A stretch of 64,000 nucleotides of DNA from Octopus sinensis. Lineage: Eukaryota. The notes under the pieces are model-generated. The model did not search any database, was not told where the DNA came from, and saw only the letters and a list, made by a program, of their open reading frames with translations. Positions 61,087-64,000 of the stretch are shown here, one piece after another; positions within the stretch are counted from its first letter, which is position 1; each line of letters opens with the position of its first letter. Made by a program: the position numbers and the translations under genes. The DNA lies in the NCBI RefSeq assembly GCF_006345805.1, contig NC_043019.1, positions 12,709,360-12,773,359 of the forward strand. The letters are read 5' to 3'.

Positions 61087-63096
61087 TTACTGCTCGAAAG
61101 TTTTTGCTTTCTCCTCCGTTGGTTTGTCCTCGAGAAGATCCCAGTACAGTTTCTTTGTGAGATATTTTTGGCATTTACCAACCGCACTGGGGAAAATGCC
61201 TTTGAGTGTGTGGTGCAGACTTTTGGAGATGTGTAATATTTTGATGTGGTCTGGTGGTGTTGTGTATGGGTGATTGTTTGTTTTTATGTCATCTTCTGTT
61301 ATGTTTGTTTTTGATTGGATGTATTCCATCAAATTTGTGTTTTTGGTGTCTATGGCTGTGAGCATGTTTGCTGTATATGTTTTTGTGGTGTTGGTGTGGC
61401 TGTTGTTTGCGTTGGGTTTTGAAATGTCTTCGGGAGATGTATTTCCCCCTGCTTTGTTCGTGTTTGCATTTGGTTTCGTTGTGTTTCTGCTCTTTATTTT
61501 CCTTCTTTTTGTAGCTATTTGCCATTCCTCACTGGTTTCGTCTTCCGACGAAATTTCTGAGGAATCAGAAGGGGGTAGGGGTATGTTGTGGGCTTCTATG
61601 TATGTCTGTGTAAGTGGTTGTGTTGTTGTTTTCGTTGTTGTTGGTTGTTGAGTGTTTGTGTGTGTTGAGTGCGGTATAAGTGATGGGGGATCAGTTTGTG
61701 TGTGTTTTCTTTGTTTTTCTGTTCCTTTGGGTTTTGCTGTTGTTGGTGGTGTTGGTATTTTTTCAGGTGTTGAGTGGTTTTTGGTTGATGACGGATTAGC
61801 TTGGTGTGCTTCTCTTGTCGTCTTCTGTGTTGATGGTGGTGTGGATAGTAGAGCTTTTTTTCCGGAGTGCTTTGGTTGTAGTAGTGGTTGTTGTTGTTGC
61901 TCTTGGTGTGCAGTGGTTGGGCACGTCTTTTTCAAGTGTGTTTCGCTTCCACACAAATAGCAGCGTGGTCGCCTGCCCTCAACCACTATATAGAGTTTGT
62001 AGCCTCCTGGCAGTTCTATAGCGGTGGGTATCTTCTCTCTTGCTGCTTCATCCAATTGAAGCAGGAATTCGATTGATTTGCCCACATAGTCTTTCTCTCC
62101 TAGAACCGCGATTTCCAGGATGTTTGTCTCTGACATTGTCTCTGACATTTCAAAGCAGATGGCAGAGACCAACCATTGTGTTTCGACATCAAATGGTATG
62201 TTTTTTATTTGGACTTTCGTGACCCTTTTGTTTAAATAGACTGGTATCATTACCAAGTCGTCCGAATGTAGCTCCAATGTGGAAAAACGTTTTGCTAAAC
62301 TTTCGTTGAGGAAACGTACTTGGACTGTACCAAATTTGTTTCCCCAACTGATATATTCCTTGGAGTCCCATGCAGGACGAAGGCATTTTTCGATTTTTTC
62401 CTGCGGTGCATTTTCTGCTCTTCTTGTTTTTTTGTTTATTACTTTATAAATTATTGTTTTTTTTTTGGTGTTTTCCACGATGTGTTGTGGAATGTGAAGG
62501 TGCAATTTGTCTCCTTCTTTGGAGAAGAGTGCCTTTGTGCGGTTTATCTCTTGTGTGGTGAATGTTACAATTGTTCTTTTTTGTTTTGTTACGTCCGCAA
62601 AATTCGTTTTGAATTTGGCAGTAGAAGTGTTAATTGTGGCAGTGTTAATTGAAGTCATGGTAGTGGTGTTGGTGTTGGCGGTATTAGCAGCAGAAGGCTT
62701 GGATGTAGCATTTGACGTCGTAGTAGTGGTGTTGGTGTTGGCGGTGTTGTCTTTGGTAGGCGGCTTTGTGCCAATTTCGTTGTTGTTGTTGTTGGTGGTG
62801 ATGGTGGTGGTGCTGGCATTCATGTTTTCGTTTGTATTCATTTTTGAAATCCCTTTCTCTGTCCCTTTATCATCAACAAGTGGTGTGGGGAGTGAGGGGA
62901 AATCTAAGTTAATGTTTTTGGTCGCGGCGATGGTGAATGCGGCGTTAGATTTGTTGTTGTTGTTGTTGGTGGTGGTGATGGTGGTGACAGCGGTGTTCAC
63001 GCTGCGATGTTTAGTAGCTAGTGGTAGCAATAGTGTTTTGCTACCGTTCTGCATGACTGGCGGGCTAGCCACGTGGTTTCTAGTTGCCATTTTCAA
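61087..63096 (-). CDS. LINE ORF1 (669 aa, intact; RRM-like region and gag-type zinc knuckle)
   Basis: RCYLCGSETHLKKTC (CX2CX4HX4C); low-complexity Thr/Asn termini; lies 32 nt upstream of ORF2. Confidence 0.9.
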   Translation of the reverse strand: MKMATRNHVASPPVMQNGSKTLLLPLATKHRSVNTAVTTITTTNNNNNKSNAAFTIAATKNINLDFPSLPTPLVDDKGTEKGISKMNTNENMNASTTTITTNNNNNEIGTKPPTKDNTANTNTTTTTSNATSKPSAANTANTNTTTMTSINTATINTSTAKFKTNFADVTKQKRTIVTFTTQEINRTKALFSKEGDKLHLHIPQHIVENTKKKTIIYKVINKKTRRAENAPQEKIEKCLRPAWDSKEYISWGNKFGTVQVRFLNESLAKRFSTLELHSDDLVMIPVYLNKRVTKVQIKNIPFDVETQWLVSAICFEMSETMSETNILEIAVLGEKDYVGKSIEFLLQLDEAAREKIPTAIELPGGYKLYIVVEGRRPRCYLCGSETHLKKTCPTTAHQEQQQQPLLQPKHSGKKALLSTPPSTQKTTREAHQANPSSTKNHSTPEKIPTPPTTAKPKGTEKQRKHTQTDPPSLIPHSTHTNTQQPTTTKTTTQPLTQTYIEAHNIPLPPSDSSEISSEDETSEEWQIATKRRKIKSRNTTKPNANTNKAGGNTSPEDISKPNANNSHTNTTKTYTANMLTAIDTKNTNLMEYIQSKTNITEDDIKTNNHPYTTPPDHIKILHISKSLHHTLKGIFPSAVGKCQKYLTKKLYWDLLEDKPTEEKAKTFEQ

Positions 63097-63310
63097 AATG
63101 AAAAATGGCTAAAAAACCCACGAAAGTTTTGAAAGTTTTTTTGTAATTTCGCCCATACAGGGGCGGAATTCTACGTGAATAATTCTCAGGTTTTTTAGTG
63201 AATGAACTTGCACAACGATTAAAACAAAATATTTGACAACAAGGAGTTTTAAACATGTAAAAGTGGCCAACTTACGTGGAGCCGATATGACTATCGTCCG
63301 TCCATTGTGA

Positions 63311-63337
63311 GATAGATAGATAGATAGATAGACAGAC

Positions 63338-63420
<83 letters not shown>
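63311..63420. repeat. (GATA)n tract flanking the LINE 5' end
   Basis: Seen directly. Confidence 0.98.
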
Positions 63421-63475
63421 CCGACATAAACAGACTACTAAAGAGAGAGATGTCTCTAAATAACTGAAAGTATTC

Positions 63476-63511
<36 letters not shown>

Positions 63512-64000
63512 ATCTCACTTTCTCTCTCTCTCTCACCCCATCTATTTATCTATCTATTGACCTATCTATCTGTATGTCTGTCTGTCTATCTATCAACCTC
63601 TCTCTCTCGCGCGCAATGAAGCTCACCTATTTTACTCTCCCTCTTTCCCAGTCTTTCTCTCACTCCCCACCTCTCCTCCTCCCCCTCTCTCTGTCTTTTA
63701 GTCACCCACCCGTCCATCCTTCGTTTCATTCTTTTCTTTTCCTAAAACGAGCAGTCACGACTACCATCCACCCCCCACCCCCACAACCACCACAACCACT
63801 ATTACCATCTTACTCGAATACTTCTCGAGGCCGACCCCCCCCACTTTTACATAAGCGACCTTGTGGAATGTCGACGATAACTCGATAGCTTCACCTTTGT
63901 TGACAAAGCTGCTAACCTTGCATGTCATCACACATTATTTATAAACGATAAAGAAATATATAAATAGATAAATAAGTGTGTGTGTGTGCGTGTGTGTGGT

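Larger units (their letters stand above)
57245..63310 (-). mobile_element. Full-length (~6.07 kb) Tx1/L1-type non-LTR retrotransposon
   Basis: ORF1 with a CCHC knuckle, ORF2 with APE, RT and a C-terminal CxxC..H, a purine/pyrimidine-run-rich 3'UTR ending AATAAAGAAACA, and (GATA)n on both sides. Confidence 0.93.

Overview
AT-rich, microsatellite- and SINE-saturated animal genomic DNA. The tRNA-headed SINE families and repeat landscape look like a coleoid cephalopod, most likely Octopus (inference). I reconstructed two spliced, minus-strand coding segments by hand; every exon has GT-AG ends and compatible phases. (1) 53340->18665, 13 exons, about 3,000 aa after correcting indels: the ectodomain of an adhesion-GPCR-like protein. 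It has a giant Thr/Ser/Asn stalk (32 x 144-bp repeats with >=4 N-glycosylation sequons each, plus about 16 x 69-bp repeats), a Pro/Thr/Ser mucin exon, a SEA domain with an FKPG|SVV autoproteolysis motif, two Ig-like domains, a hormone-receptor (HRM) domain and the helical start of a GAIN domain. No signal peptide, GPS or 7TM exon is visible. (2) 12922->746, 9 exons: an ADAMTS/ADAMTS-like ancillary module (TSP1, Cys-rich, spacer, TSP1, TSP1, start of a further TSP1) that runs off the left edge. A 100-N gap (13351-13450) separates the two, so they may be two genes, mis-ordered contigs or one chimeric gene. The rest is mobile DNA: a full-length ~6.07-kb Tx1/L1-type LINE inside a (GATA)n tract, a Penelope-like GIY-YIG remnant, RLE-type, CR1-type and RTE-type LINE fragments, mariner derivatives, several hairpin/foldback elements, minimal hammerhead-like motifs and more than 30 SINE copies. 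There is no CRISPR, rRNA or true tRNA gene. Most ORF-track entries are microsatellite or antisense artefacts.
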